DNA from: Podarcis gaigeae | Taxonomy: Eukaryota | DNA: 64,000 nucleotides | Direction: 5' to 3' (one strand) | Assembly: GCA_964106915.2 (NCBI GenBank) | Contig: OZ066915.1 | Part shown: piece after piece, positions 51,601-63,568 of the stretch | How the letters are laid out: the number at the start of each line of letters is the position of its first letter | Position numbering within the stretch: the stretch's first letter is position 1 | Position numbers and translations under genes: made by a program | The notes under the pieces: generated by a model | The model's input: only the letters and a program-made list of their open reading frames with translations | Told to the model about the DNA's origin: nothing | Database searches by the model: none

Positions 51601-51985
51601 GGGACACGGGGGGTGCTGTGGTCTAAACCACTGAGCCTCTTGAGCTTGCCTATCAGAAGGTTGGAGGTTCGAATCTCTGCTACAGGGTGAGCTCCCCTTG
51701 CTCTGTCCCACCTTCTGCCAACCTAGCAGTTCAAAAGCACACCAATGCAAATAGATAAATAGGTACTGCTGCGGCGGGAAGGTAAATGGCATTTCTGTGT
51801 GCTTGTGGCTTCTGTCACGGTGTTCCATTGCACCAGAAGCAGTTTAGTCATACTGGCCCACATGACCTGGAAAGCTGTCTGTGGACAAATGCTGGCTCCC
51901 TCGGCCTGAAGCATGATGAGCGCTGCAACCCTATAGTCGACTTTGACTGGACTTAACCATCCAGGGGTCCTTTACCTTTACCTTT
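51601..51985 (+). mobile_element. Full-length, older Sauria SINE
   Basis: GGGACAC head, GGTTCGAATC B box, (ACCTTT)n tail. Degenerate TSD acaa(t/g)agta. Confidence 0.9.
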
Positions 51986-52221
51986 CTTAACAAGAGTAGA
52001 TTTTAAATAGTATGAGGAGTTAAGTTTCCAGCACATTTTAATTCATTGTGAAAGATCTCCATGCTTACACAATATAAGGTCTAAAAAGACCTTTAGTGTT
52101 GCAATGATTTATTAAGGCTGGGACTCACTTTTCAGGTATATTGCATTGTCCCTCCCACAGATATTCTGTACCAATGCTAGAATCAAACCCTCCCATCATC
52201 TGCACCCAGCATAGCTTAAGG

Positions 52222-52358
52222 CAGGCACCCCCCCAAATCAGCCCTCCAAATGTTTTGGGACTACAGTTCCCATCATCCCTGACCACTGGTCCTGTTAGCT
52301 AGGGATGATGGGAGTTGTAGTCCCAAAACATCTGCAGAGCCGAGCTTGGAGGTGTCTG
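52222..52358. mobile_element. Palindromic hAT MITE (same family as 43913), nested in an older related element
   Basis: Perfect 8-bp TSD GCTTAAGG (52214-52221 / 52359-52366). Confidence 0.85.
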
Positions 52359-53589
52359 GCTTAAGGTATTCAGGGGTGGTGGCAATTGTAGTCCTGCAAC
52401 ATCTGGCGGGTCACAGGTTCCCCATCCCTGCTGACAAATCTGTCCCTTCCAGAGCTAGCCGCATTTGACAGTTCCTATAATTAAGAACAGACTTGGGACT
52501 GAATGTTCAGACTCAAGCGAGTGTGTTGCGCCGACAGGCAAGGAATGGAAACACCCTTTCACTCTTTTGAGCATCCTAAAGCTCAATACACAGATTCTGT
52601 GACTATTTTAATGTCTAAATATTTATAGCAGGGGGTCAAAGGTTCTTTGTTAAATGTCAAAGTTGGTTAGAGTAAGCATTCCTTGACACAATCTATCAGA
52701 GCTCTGCACATGTTTTTAATGAATGATGCCTCTACTACCCCTACAGGGGTTTTGGTCTGGAGTCAATGGTTTGAAAATGCTCCTAGAAAGAAAGAAAGAA
52801 AAAGAGAGAGAAGAATGAGCACTCTTTCAGTTTCTGCCTTTTCCAAAGAATTTGAGGATTGGATTTCATATTTTTTTTCTGAGGGGGGGGGACAGCTGAT
52901 GGAAACTGTTTAATGTTGTTTATACTCCCAGTAGAAAAAGGGATGGGTGCACAGCTGAGAGCACTTCACTTCCTGCAGCTCTTTTGCAAAAGGGGTATAA
53001 TTTTCCTATGCAGTTGCAGACTTCCTTAGAAAAGATTTTTTTTTTTTTAAAAAAGCATAGCTCTCAGAACTCACTGGGGCTGTGGCGGGTGGGGAATGAG
53101 TCTCCTTGGATATTCTGTAGTGGGGTGGGAGATGGACTTTCAAAGGTAGAAGAGGATTCCAGTGTGAAGCAATTGGAAAATGTTGGAATTCATCAGCACT
53201 CTGGAATTTGACATACTTTCCCAGAACCCCTCATCAGAGCAATGCTATTCCAAGGTGTGTATGGGAAAATAAAAATGACCGACAACAGCTGGAAAGAGCC
53301 CTGGCAAACAGTGGCAACTCACCCCGCCTTGCAAACCTGCGTCACCACTGCTCCCCCATCTTTTTTGTCAGACCCAAGCTTTCATCCACGGAGTGCGACA
53401 AAATTTGAGTCCACATGCCTCTACAGATAACATTTATCTATACAATATAGTACTAAATTCTATCAATTTACACAGGATATATATCAGGCAGGTGGCCCTG
53501 CTATTTCCTGGCTCCCCTCCCTTTTAAAATTGAGATTATTTTGGTTACCTTCCAAAATTCTGGTATAGAGACTGATTTCAGAGTGAGGA

Positions 53590-54290
53590 GTGTGTGTGTG
53601 AAATTTGAACTTTTAAGACCTTTCAGATATATGTCATCCACACTCCGCGACCAGTTAGTTTCTTTCATTTTGTCGTTTGGTCCAAGAATTTCATCTCTTG
53701 CCATCTCTGGAGATTTAGTTCTTCAGATGCTATCCCTGGAAAAAGCAGTTCTGGGGTGGGTATCTCTCCAGCATCCTTGGTAGGGTGGACCAAGATAAAA
53801 AGGTCATTCAAATTCTCCTCCTTTTTCTCCTTTCATAATTGTTATACCTCCTTTGTTTAAAAACCCAAACGTTTCTCTGGATCTTTGGCTGTTTTTGATA
53901 TATTTACATCACAGCCATCATTCTTTATTGCAAGTCAGGCACTTCTCAAGCTCTTTTCATTTGATATTTCCAGCTAGCCTTATCAACTTACCGTACCTTT
54001 GCAATGATTGAGTTAGGGCTCATTTTTGTTCTCATTTGGAAGACTTCCACATTTTAAAAAGAAGCCTTTTATTAACTTCTTTAGCAATGCTGTATTAAAC
54101 CTTTGAGCTGCTCAGTAATTTTCCTTTTCCAATATGTTTTTGCAAACCATCTCTTATAATGGTTTGTCATCATCATTTTTATGGGTTATGACCATTTCAG
54201 CTTCCTTTTAACATAACCTGACTCCCCCCCCCCCCAATAAGTTAAGTTCACTCTTTTGAAATTAAATGTGATTATAGCAGACTTTCTGAG
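53590..54290 (-). mobile_element. Ancient CR1 ORF2 remnant
   Basis: Broken-frame translation ENLNDLFILV..DAGEIPTPELLFPGIASEEL..DEILGPNDKMK..DDIYLKGLK resembles the CR1 segment EKLNEFFASVF..DVGEIP.PE.FF.G..SEEL..EVL..IDKL..DGIHPRVLK. Confidence 0.6.
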
Positions 54291-56520
54291 CAGTCTTCAA
54301 CTTAGAGATATCCAACCAATGTTAAAGACTACAACTCCCACAATCCCTGGGCTTTGACCATGCTGCTTGGGGCTGATGGAAGTTGGAGTCCAAAACATCT
54401 GGAGAACACCCGGTTGGTTACCCCTACAATAGGGTGTCTGCATGTTTAATCCAAAGGAAGGTTTAGGTTGCAGCCCTGTAACAATTTCCTGGGGAAATAA
54501 TTGCATTGAGCTCAGTGGGGCTAACCTCTGGATAGAAGTGCATAAGGACTGTTTTATTAATCTTGAGTGCTCATTCATTGTTTAGTTTTTGCGATCGCTC
54601 ACGACTGACAAAAAATTGAGCTGCTTTGGCGAGTTTATTATTCTTGCAAAGTATAGGATCATTTATCAAGGTAGTTAGTGAGCCTTGTTGGTAATGATTC
54701 ACGGCAGTAAGATATTAAAGGACTAAGGAGATTCATAGGATTTTCTCATGGATTAATAGGGTTTTCTGATCTTTTGTTTCAAAATTACGCATGAAGCAGA
54801 CAAGCTGAGGGGCCAAGACAGGCTGATATATTGCACCATATGTGACAAGAATCATGTGCTTCATTTTCCTGTGACTACAATCCTATTACTACAGCCCTAA
54901 CTTCTTTGTAATGCCAGTTCAAATAAATCCCTTTAAACCTCAGAGCGAATGTTCAGGGCTCTTCCTGGTTTTAAAAATTGAAGTTGGTCTGTGACATTTT
55001 GTAGGACAAGGAGTTGATTCAGGAACAATTTCTCCAGCAGGTTGAATTTGCTAGAAACTGATACAATTAGAAAATCCATACTTCTCCTTTGAAAAGCCAT
55101 ATATACTGGGTATAACGTAATTTATGTCCATATCCCATGACTTTGTAATAAACTAATTGAGCAGACAAGCTAGAAAGTTGTACTTTAATTTTCTGAGCAG
55201 TAAGCTGCTGGAATTAGTTTAATAGGAACCAGGCATTCAGCCTCTGAGAAAAGATCCATTCGAGGCAAGGACTTGTGGAGGGCAGTTGGGATGGAAAACC
55301 AAAAGGATTCTAGTATATTCTATGTCCTTTGTTGGCAATTAATTAAGAGGAGATGTCCTGTTTTCACAGGGGGCAAGTGGTTCCCATTATTAAGTTTAAT
55401 TCTGGTAACTAAAAGTGCTATTTATTTAGAATAATATTTCTTTAAAAAGGAGAAAGATTTCTACAATCTGAAGAGAAACCAGAGTACAGAAGAATATTTC
55501 TAAGCTGACAGCTCATTAAAAGTATAAGTTTCATGGCTATGATATCATCACAAAATTATACAGTCATAAAATGTAGAACAGATGAGCAACACTGAATCAC
55601 ACCAATTCTCCGAAAATGTTCCGACATGCTTTCTCATGTCCATATAGGAAACAGCATAGACCCCACATGGACACCATTACATTGTGATGAACACACACAT
55701 TTTTGCTCTACCTACACAAGATCAGAAGCCCCAACCAATCATGTTTAAAAATATGCTCTGACTTCTATGGGACTTAGCATAATTAAACATCCACATAGCA
55801 ATCATGCACTATAGCTGCTTGTAACCTGCTAAGTTCCACTGAGAGAAGACCCATTGAAATTAAGGAACTTAAGTCAGTCATGCTTATTAACAGTAAAGAG
55901 TCTACTCAGAATACGACTAGCATTAGATCCTACCCAATAATTAATAAAAACTTTAAACCTAGTGTCTTTGAAAAAAGAAGCAGTTCTTGGGGGTTTTCTT
56001 TGACTGTTATTTCTAGAAGATCTTCAAGTACAGACTTTAGGAAACCCTTCACACTTCTCTGAATCTTGAAATGCAGTCAAGTAGGGGATTCCGAAATGCA
56101 TCTACTAAGGTGGAATGTGCAGTGGAATAATGGAATTTTCAAGAGGATTTGTGGTTTGGTTTGGTTTTTAAAATCACAACCTGATATGCATGTGTGGAGA
56201 ACTGAACTCAAGATTTGAAAAAATGAGAAACTGAGAGAAACCAAATACAGACATATATGCCCATCGCTACCATCACCTGGCAAACCATCAGCAAACAAAC
56301 TGTCCTTTCCAGACTTCACACCTTCAGGATGGAAGCTTAGAGTGGAAGAGCAGTTTAGAAACAGACCTCAGCTTCAGCATTAACTGTTTTGACTCTTCAA
56401 GGTATTAGGGCCATAACACAATTGACACATAAATAAAGGTATTTAAATAAAAGCTAGTTAACCACAATAATGAAGAACTTGTCTCTTTGGGCCAGTCTCT
56501 CTCTCTCTTTCTCTCTCATA

Positions 56521-56856
56521 TACTATTTTCCCATGTATAACACGGCCCCGTGTATAAGACGACCCCTCTTGGGGAGGATTGCCAACAATCACTCACCCGC
56601 CTCAATGAAGCCACCAATTGTCTGCCCGCTTGCCGCCAGCAGCTGCCAATCGCCCACCCACTTGCTGCAGCAGCCGCCAATCACCAGCAGGCCTTGCTGC
56701 AGCCACCAATCACCCGCCCAATCGCCAATTACAATCTGCTGCTCGTGGTTGCCACCAATCGCATGTCCCCCCCACAGTATCCGTGTATAAGACGACCCCC
56801 AATTTTTAACAATTCTTTATAATAAAAAACCTCGTCTTATACACAGAAAAATACAG
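56521..56856. mobile_element. pogo/Tigger-like MITE with internal CCAAT-containing tandem repeats, inserted in a Squam3/MIR-like SINE
   Basis: Subterminal GTGTATAAGACGACCCC twice; right end CGTCTTATACACAGAAAAATACAG + TA; degenerate left TIR. SINE tail continues at 56860-56950. Confidence 0.7.
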
Positions 56857-56960
56857 TAACCTCCCTCATAGGTTGATGTGAAAGAAAATGGAGATGCGGG
56901 GAAATCATGTGTACTACCCTGAGCTACTTGGAAGAAAAGTGGGATATAAATGAATCAAAT

Positions 56961-56963
56961 TGT

Positions 56964-57037
<74 letters not shown>
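56961..57037. repeat. (GT)n(GA)n compound microsatellite
   Basis: Direct reading. Confidence 0.95.
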
Positions 57038-57039
<2 letters not shown>

Positions 57040-57108
57040 TATTATGTATCCTAGACTTGGGCTTTATTAGCAAATATTAGAAATGTTAGCCACACTTTAA
57101 ACCGCAAC

Positions 57109-59033
57109 CATGGGCGCCGACTCCATGGGACCTGAGGGGGCCCGAGCCCCCTCAAAAATTCATTTGGGGGGGGCTCTGCCCCCCCAATAATTTAAAAAAA
57201 ATTATTACCGTAAATTTCGCTCTATAACATGCAGATTTTTTCTCCTAAAAAGTAAGGAGAAATGTCTGTGCGCGTTATTGAGCGAATGTGTGGTCCCTGG
57301 AGCTGACTCGCCGGAGCGCAGGGGCAAAAATAGGCAAAAATCAGGCAAAAATAAGATCGGGCGGGCGGGCGGAGGGAAGGCGGAAGCTGCTGCTTTCCTG
57401 CATTCTGCCTCAGGGTTTTACTGCCCACCCGCTTCTGTTGCTGCGTTTGCTCAAACTCAACAAAGAGCAGGGAATCCCCTGCCCTCCTGGCAAGCAGAGG
57501 GTTAAGGAAAGGATCGAGTCCTTCCTTCTAATTCTTTCCTAGTCACACTGCGTGCAGGCTCCAGCCCACCACCTCCTCCTCTCTGTGCTCTAGGGACTCG
57601 CAGGTGGGAGAGAGAGAGAGGGGGCTGGCTTGGGGGGGGACTTTTGCCTTCCTTTCCCCCCCCCACCCCGTTAAACTCCTTCCCTGCATTCTTAGCCAGC
57701 TGCTTCTCCGCACACCCCTCTTGTGCTTCTTGTCCCTTCTGTGTTTTTCCTTCCCTCCCCATTTAAAACGTGGTGACAAAGCACGGATCCACATGGATCC
57801 TCAGGATTTTTGCATTGGGTCACTCCAAATTCACCATCAGATCACATTACATGTCCATGGCTACAGTCTGTACCAAAAAAATCACGCACCCACTGTTGCC
57901 TGGGGCTGCAATGGTGCAAAAACGTGGTTACAACGCATGGATCCACAGGATCTTTGCACTGGGTCACCCCAAATTCACCATCAGATAACATAGCATGTCC
58001 ATGGCTACAGCCTGCACCAAAAAAATCACGCACCCACTGTGGCCTGGGGCCACAATGGTGCAAAAACGTGGTTACAAAGCACGGATCCACATGGATCCTC
58101 AGGATTTTTGCATTGGGTCACCCCAAATTCACCATCAGATCACATAGCATGTCCATGGCTACATCTTGCACCAAAAAAATCACGCACCCACTGTTGCCTA
58201 GGGTCACAGTGGTGCAAAAACGTGGTTACAAAGCACGGATCCACATGGATCCTCAGGATTTTTGCATTGGACTACTCCAAACTCACTGTCAGATATTAAA
58301 AATCTTTATAAAATAGAGAATTAAATACATACAGAATGTTAAATTTTCAGTTTCGAAATATTAGTACTAGTTTAGTACTGTATTTCTATATTACTATAGT
58401 ACTGTATTAGTTATTTTCAAATACTTAAATATTTTTAGGGTTTAAGACCCAATTAAAGCCCGTTATTTACATACAGTATTACAGTATTTACATACAGTAT
58501 TAGGCATACTGTATTAACTTTATTAACTGTATTAAAGCATTAACTTTGAGATATTATTTTTATTTAATGAACCCTCAGCCTTATTCAAAGTAAGCTTAAA
58601 TTAGCTATTTCACTTATTAATCAAAGTGCTATTACTGTGCGACAGCAATATTTTATGTTTTATTCTTTTAATGATAGTTTAGGATTTATTTAAATATCAT
58701 TTCAGTCTTTTCAGAGCTATATATTCACTGCTCTGTAATAGTCTATAAGCATAATTGTTACTGTAAATTAAATTAGCTTTTTACGAAAATACCGTGCGTG
58801 TTTATGTTTTGTTTCTTTTTTCAAAGCCAAAAAGTGTTTCAGGCTTGTCGAGTTTCCCGGAGTGTGGAGTTATAGAGAGTCGAGTTTTCGGGGTTCTAAT
58901 GTTGATCATATGACTCTAAAATACTTTTAAAAAACTTTAAAACTCACTAATTTTCATCTAAAATTTAGAAAACTTCCCGGGGCAGGACCCCGGTATGGCC
59001 CCCCCCAATATTTTTTATAAGTCGGCGCCCCTG
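57109..59033. mobile_element. 1.9-kb non-autonomous hAT element
   Basis: TIRs CATGGGCGCCGACT / AGTCGGCGCCCCTG. 8-bp TSD ACCGCAAC / ATCGCAAC (one CpG-type change). No transposase ORF. Confidence 0.85.
57765..58295. repeat. Tandem array, ~3.5 units of 154 bp (154, 144, 154, partial)
   Basis: Units start AAAACGTGGT at 57765, 57919, 58063 and 58217. Unit 2 lacks 10 bp of the GGATCCACAT duplication. Confidence 0.95.
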
Positions 59034-60033
59034 ATCGCAACTACAAAATGGCTTCCTATCAAAATATTTGCTCATTTGTTATCACAAGGGATATATGTCC
59101 ACTGGCCTAATATAGTACAGGAAAAGCTGGTGTAGTTAGTGTTGACAGAAAATAAAATGGTACAGGACTTTAAAACTGATTTTTTTAATGGAAGAACACG
59201 ATGACTATTTATTGGGGACTTTGACACTTCCCTGTTCTTCTCTAAAGCCCTGAGTCAGTCAGCCTCTGCGCCTCAGGATATGTCAGCCCTGGGAAAACAA
59301 AGCTTCAAAGGTCTGTCTGTTTCCAAAGTCCCTCTGTTGAAAGGAAACCCAGGATACTGAAGATGTAATATGCGCACAAAGCTTTAACTTCTTTCTTTTC
59401 CCCTGGAAAGTTTAAAATAATAGCCATTTTTAAAAGGCAGGGGAACATCATGGTTTGTTTCAAAATAATGCATTGAGTTTATCTGGCATTTGACATATAA
59501 AGCGTTCATGAATCATGCTATTTTCTTTTTAAACTTTGTGGCCTAAGACAAGAAGCAAGGCTGGAAAATGTTTGACATCACTTGATCTTCTTTTATTTCA
59601 TGCTCCGTCTGACAAATGGAAGTTTCCACAAGAAGGGGGAAAGCTGTTTTTTGGCCCCTGTTTAATGAAAAGCAAGATGAGGCATTAAGTGGGGCAAGAT
59701 CAGTTATCAGATTAAGAGTGTGAGGTGTTAGTGTTCTTCTATCACCTTACAGTCAAAGAACTGATCGTGCCCAACCCATTTGTGCCTCATTTTGCTTTTG
59801 TTTCATCAAACCTGGACCAGTAAACAGAAGCCTTTCCAATTTCACATTATTCAAGTGATTTAAAAGGAAACTGACATCTTGCCAGGAGAAGCTTGTTAGG
59901 TCCAAGGAAGGGGAGGGATCAATAGGAATAGATACTGTTTAATTTTTGTTAACGCATTTTGTTCTCAGTGTATGTATTTTGTTCTGAAACTGCCTTAGAA
60001 GCATGGCTGAAGGGCATGTGCATGTCTCTATAG

Positions 60034-60170
60034 CAGGCACCCCCAAACTTAGCCCTCCAGATGTTTTGGGACTACAATTCCCATCATCCCTGGCCACTGG
60101 TCCTGTTAGCTAGGGATGATGGGAGTTGTAGTCCCAAAACATCTGGAGGGCCGAGTTTGGGACATGCCTG
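60034..60170. mobile_element. Palindromic hAT MITE (same family as 43913 and 52222)
   Basis: CAGGCA..TGCCTG. Perfect 8-bp TSD CTCTATAG. Confidence 0.9.
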
Positions 60171-60609
60171 CTCTATAGGAACAAAACAGTACCTTTCCTG
60201 GCCTTCCAGGAAATGTACTGGTTTTTTATAGACCTTGAGACTTGTTACTGCAGGATTTTCCTTAATACAATGTATTTTTGGTATGTTATTTTCACAAATT
60301 GATTTATTTTTATGCACAATCTCCCCTTATGTATTCCTCCCCCCCTAAAAATTGTTTGCTCAAAAAACTGCACCACAGTATTTGAATAAGAGCAAAATTG
60401 GAAAGATAGCTGTATTTCAGTCCACAAATTGCAAATTTGGTAGATTCAGTTTTAAATAATAACAATTTTTTATTTGCATCCCATCTCTGTCCAAGAGTAT
60501 TTCCAATTGTTGGACCACAACACCTGTCTGGAAAGTTGCATTTTATTATTTCACTTCCTTCTCTAGTCAAATTCTCAGTCTTTGATAAATCATTTTTTTT
60601 ATACAAGGT

Positions 60610-60800
60610 CAGGAGTGCTGTGCCCAGTTCTGAGCACCACAATTTTAGAAGGATGTGGAGAAGCAGGAATGTGAGAATAGGAGGGTGACCATGATGATCA
60701 AGGGTCCGCAAACCAAGCCTTATGGGGAATGATTGAGGGAGCTGGGTACATTTAGCTTGGTAAACAGGAGACTGAGAGGAGATATGACAGCCATCAAATT
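60610..60800 (+). mobile_element. CR1 fragment, degraded
   Basis: tgtgcccagttctgagcaccaca..gagggtgaccatgatgatcaaggg..ggagactgagaggagatatgacagcc; collinear with 17170-17350. Confidence 0.75.
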
Positions 60801-63199
60801 TTGACTGCAATGAGCCAGGTGGGAAGGAGCTTCTCATCCTTATTTTGGACATCTCCAGCACTCTCCCTATCATTAAAGAGCAAGATGTCTTGAACAAAAC
60901 TGCTGAAAAAACATTTAATTTGAATATTGAGAACGGACTAATCTAAATATGGGCTGGGAAAGATCTTGGGAAATAGTAGAGAGGCAAACAGATGGAACAG
61001 TTAACAGATTTTGCCTGATATCTTTCAGCTTTAAAAGGAGCCTATGCCCCAATCATTTCAAGCCTAGCTGGGGCACCATGTTTTTGGGTTGGGTTGTCTG
61101 TTTTTCTAATTTGAGAAGGGCTGGGGGTGGGGAGACACCAAATCGTTTGAAGTCAGGTTGCTTTGAAACCTCAGCTGTTCATTTCATTTTTATTTTTCCT
61201 AATTGGGGTTGGGAAAGTTCAGAGTACAGCTGCAGGGCTGACTCGCTCTAGGATGAAGTAAAAACGGGAATCTGAGTACAAAGCTTGGACTTCAAGCCTG
61301 AGAACACTAATCCATTAGAGAATCAAACTCTTAATGCATCTAAGAGGTCCTTTCTCCTTTGCTCATGGTAGTGTAATCATTGCACAATTGCTCAAGTGGA
61401 AATGGCTTGTAAAACCATTCCCATTTCAATAAAGTTACCGTAATTAGTCTTTGGAGTGCTGGGATGAATAACTCAAAATACCAGACTGTTGCAAGCCTGA
61501 CCTTTGGAATGATTGCAACATCTTCGCCACCATCATCAGGCCCATATTTTCTTGGCCAACAAGCAAAGCAACTTTATGCTGCCATATTTTGGCTCTGTGG
61601 TTAAAAAGGTCAGGAAAACAAGCAGGGTGAGCCCAAGGCATTTTGCTGCCTGACGCAAAGGGCAAGATGGCGTCTGTCCCAGCATCCCACATACAGCAGC
61701 CGAATGGACTGACAATTGAGTCACATTGGTGATGGGACAACATCCTCCACCACACCCAAGGGCAATTGGCTAGCTTAATAGGCACAGCCTCATGGCACAC
61801 AGTGCTCTGTCTGCTAGCATCTTGCTATTGCTTGAGGCCCCCAAGCACCTATTGCCTGAGGCAGTCACATTATATGGAGAGAGAGATGGAGAGAGTGTAG
61901 GGCAGCCCAGGGGACCATGTGTCACTGGACCTGAAAACATGGCACTGGCTGCCAATCAGCTACCAGGTTCAATGCAATGTATGTATTAGCATTAAGCATG
62001 TGAAACCCTAAATGGCTGTGAGAACTAAGTCTCTCAATATCAGGTGTCTCTAATCACAGAGGCCCAATAAGTGGTGCCACCACTGGTGAAGCCTGCTTAG
62101 TGCTGACTCATGACAGAACCTTCTTGTTGGTGGCTCCCTGTTTGTGGAAAGACCTCCCTGTTTGGCTCCCTCATTATTAAAATTCAGGAGGAATCATCTT
62201 TGTTCACCCAGGCAAAGGAGACTGTTCTGAAAACCTTGCAATTTATTAGCTGTGTATGTACCTGAATTTTCTTAAATGTTTTTTGATGCTCTTAATTTTT
62301 TAAATATGATTTCATGTGTTTTATTTTAAATTGTATTGTATTTATGACTTTGCTGTTTGCTGACTTGGGCTCCAATAGAAGTAAGGCTGGGTAGAAATTT
62401 AATAATCCTTAATAACAATGCTTTGGCCCTGTTCAATTCCTTCTCTGTGGACATTAGACAGGCAGTGAGTATACAAGGTTCTGAACACCTACTGAAGACT
62501 TTTCTTTTTTTAGAGAAGATGTCTCATAGGATTGATCCTATTCAAAATATTCAAAATATAAAGCAATTCTCAGAAGTAAGCTTCAGTGAGTTAATTGGGC
62601 CTTAGTTCCAGGTGTGTGTGTGTGAGTGTGTACACACACTATAAAAGGGTAATTTCCCTTTCCCAAACAAAGGCTTTATGCTTTTAACAGCTTCAAAATA
62701 TTCAAAAAGTGGCAGCATTCCCTAATATAACTTAAGACAAAGCCAACAAGGTTTTTTTAAAAATGTAAGTTATTAATGTCTTGCAGAGCGTGAGGATCTT
62801 ACAGATGTTAAAATACATCTGTTTACAACATTTTTCTAATAAGTCCTCTGAGTTTTCCCCTGGTAGTCTTTGAAAGACTTAACGTCCCCTGGCAAAATAC
62901 TGTGCTTGTTTTTATTAAAATAATTAGTCATGGTGCCTGAAAAAATTAATGGAAAGCTCGAGCTGAAGTTGTCTCTTACTTGCTGCCAATCCTTTCCCTC
63001 CCATCACCTTCTGCAATATTTTAACTTTCATATTTAGAAGTTAGGGCTTCACCCCGCACCATGCTGATGAAGCCTAAATTATTACAGTACATTCCTACAC
63101 TAAAGCAAAGACCCCTTAACTTCAGTGGGACTTAGTTCAATAGGTCTTACTCCCAGGCAACTGTAGATTGCAGCTTTAATGATTTATTTAATTACCATT

Positions 63200-63568
63200 G
63201 CAATTACAATTATTATTTTATACCTCTCCTATCTGACTGGGTTTCTCCAGCCACTCTGGGCAGCTTACAGCACATATAAAAACATAATAAAATATCAAAC
63301 ATTAAAAATTTCCTGATACAGAGCTGCCTTCAGATGTCTTCTAAAAGCTGTGCAGTTCTTTATCTCTTTACAGATAGGTAGCCGTGTTGGTCTGCCATAG
63401 TCAAAACAAAAAAAATTCCTTCCAGTAGCACCTTAAAGACCAACTAAGTTAGTTCTTGGTATGAGCTTTCGTGTGCATGCACACTTCTTCAGATAGTTGG
63501 TCTTTATCTCTTTGACATCTGAAGGGAGTGTGTTCCACAGGAAGGGCACCACTACCGAGAAGGCCCTA
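63200..63568 (-). mobile_element. L2 3'-end fragment hosting the second Penelope insertion
   Basis: ccagccactctgggcagcttacag..gctgccttcagatgtcttctaaa..gttccacagg..accactaccgagaaggccct (antisense RAFSVV..LWN). Confidence 0.7.
63368..63505 (-). mobile_element. Penelope-like element terminal fragment, copy 2, with hammerhead motif (63458-63495) and short inverted piece
   Basis: Differs from 47332-47458 by one T indel. Followed by GTTGGTCTTTA (inverse of internal TAAAGACCAAC). Flanked by duplicated CTTTATCTCTTT. Confidence 0.85.

Noticed and set aside
57770-58316. Repetitive ORFs up to 168 aa, and a possible CRISPR-like array
   Set aside because: Translations of a 154-bp tandem repeat. There are no unique spacers or cas genes, and the context is a eukaryotic transposon.
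60310-60897. 195-aa minus-strand ORF
   Set aside because: Largely antisense to a degraded CR1 fragment and another old repeat.
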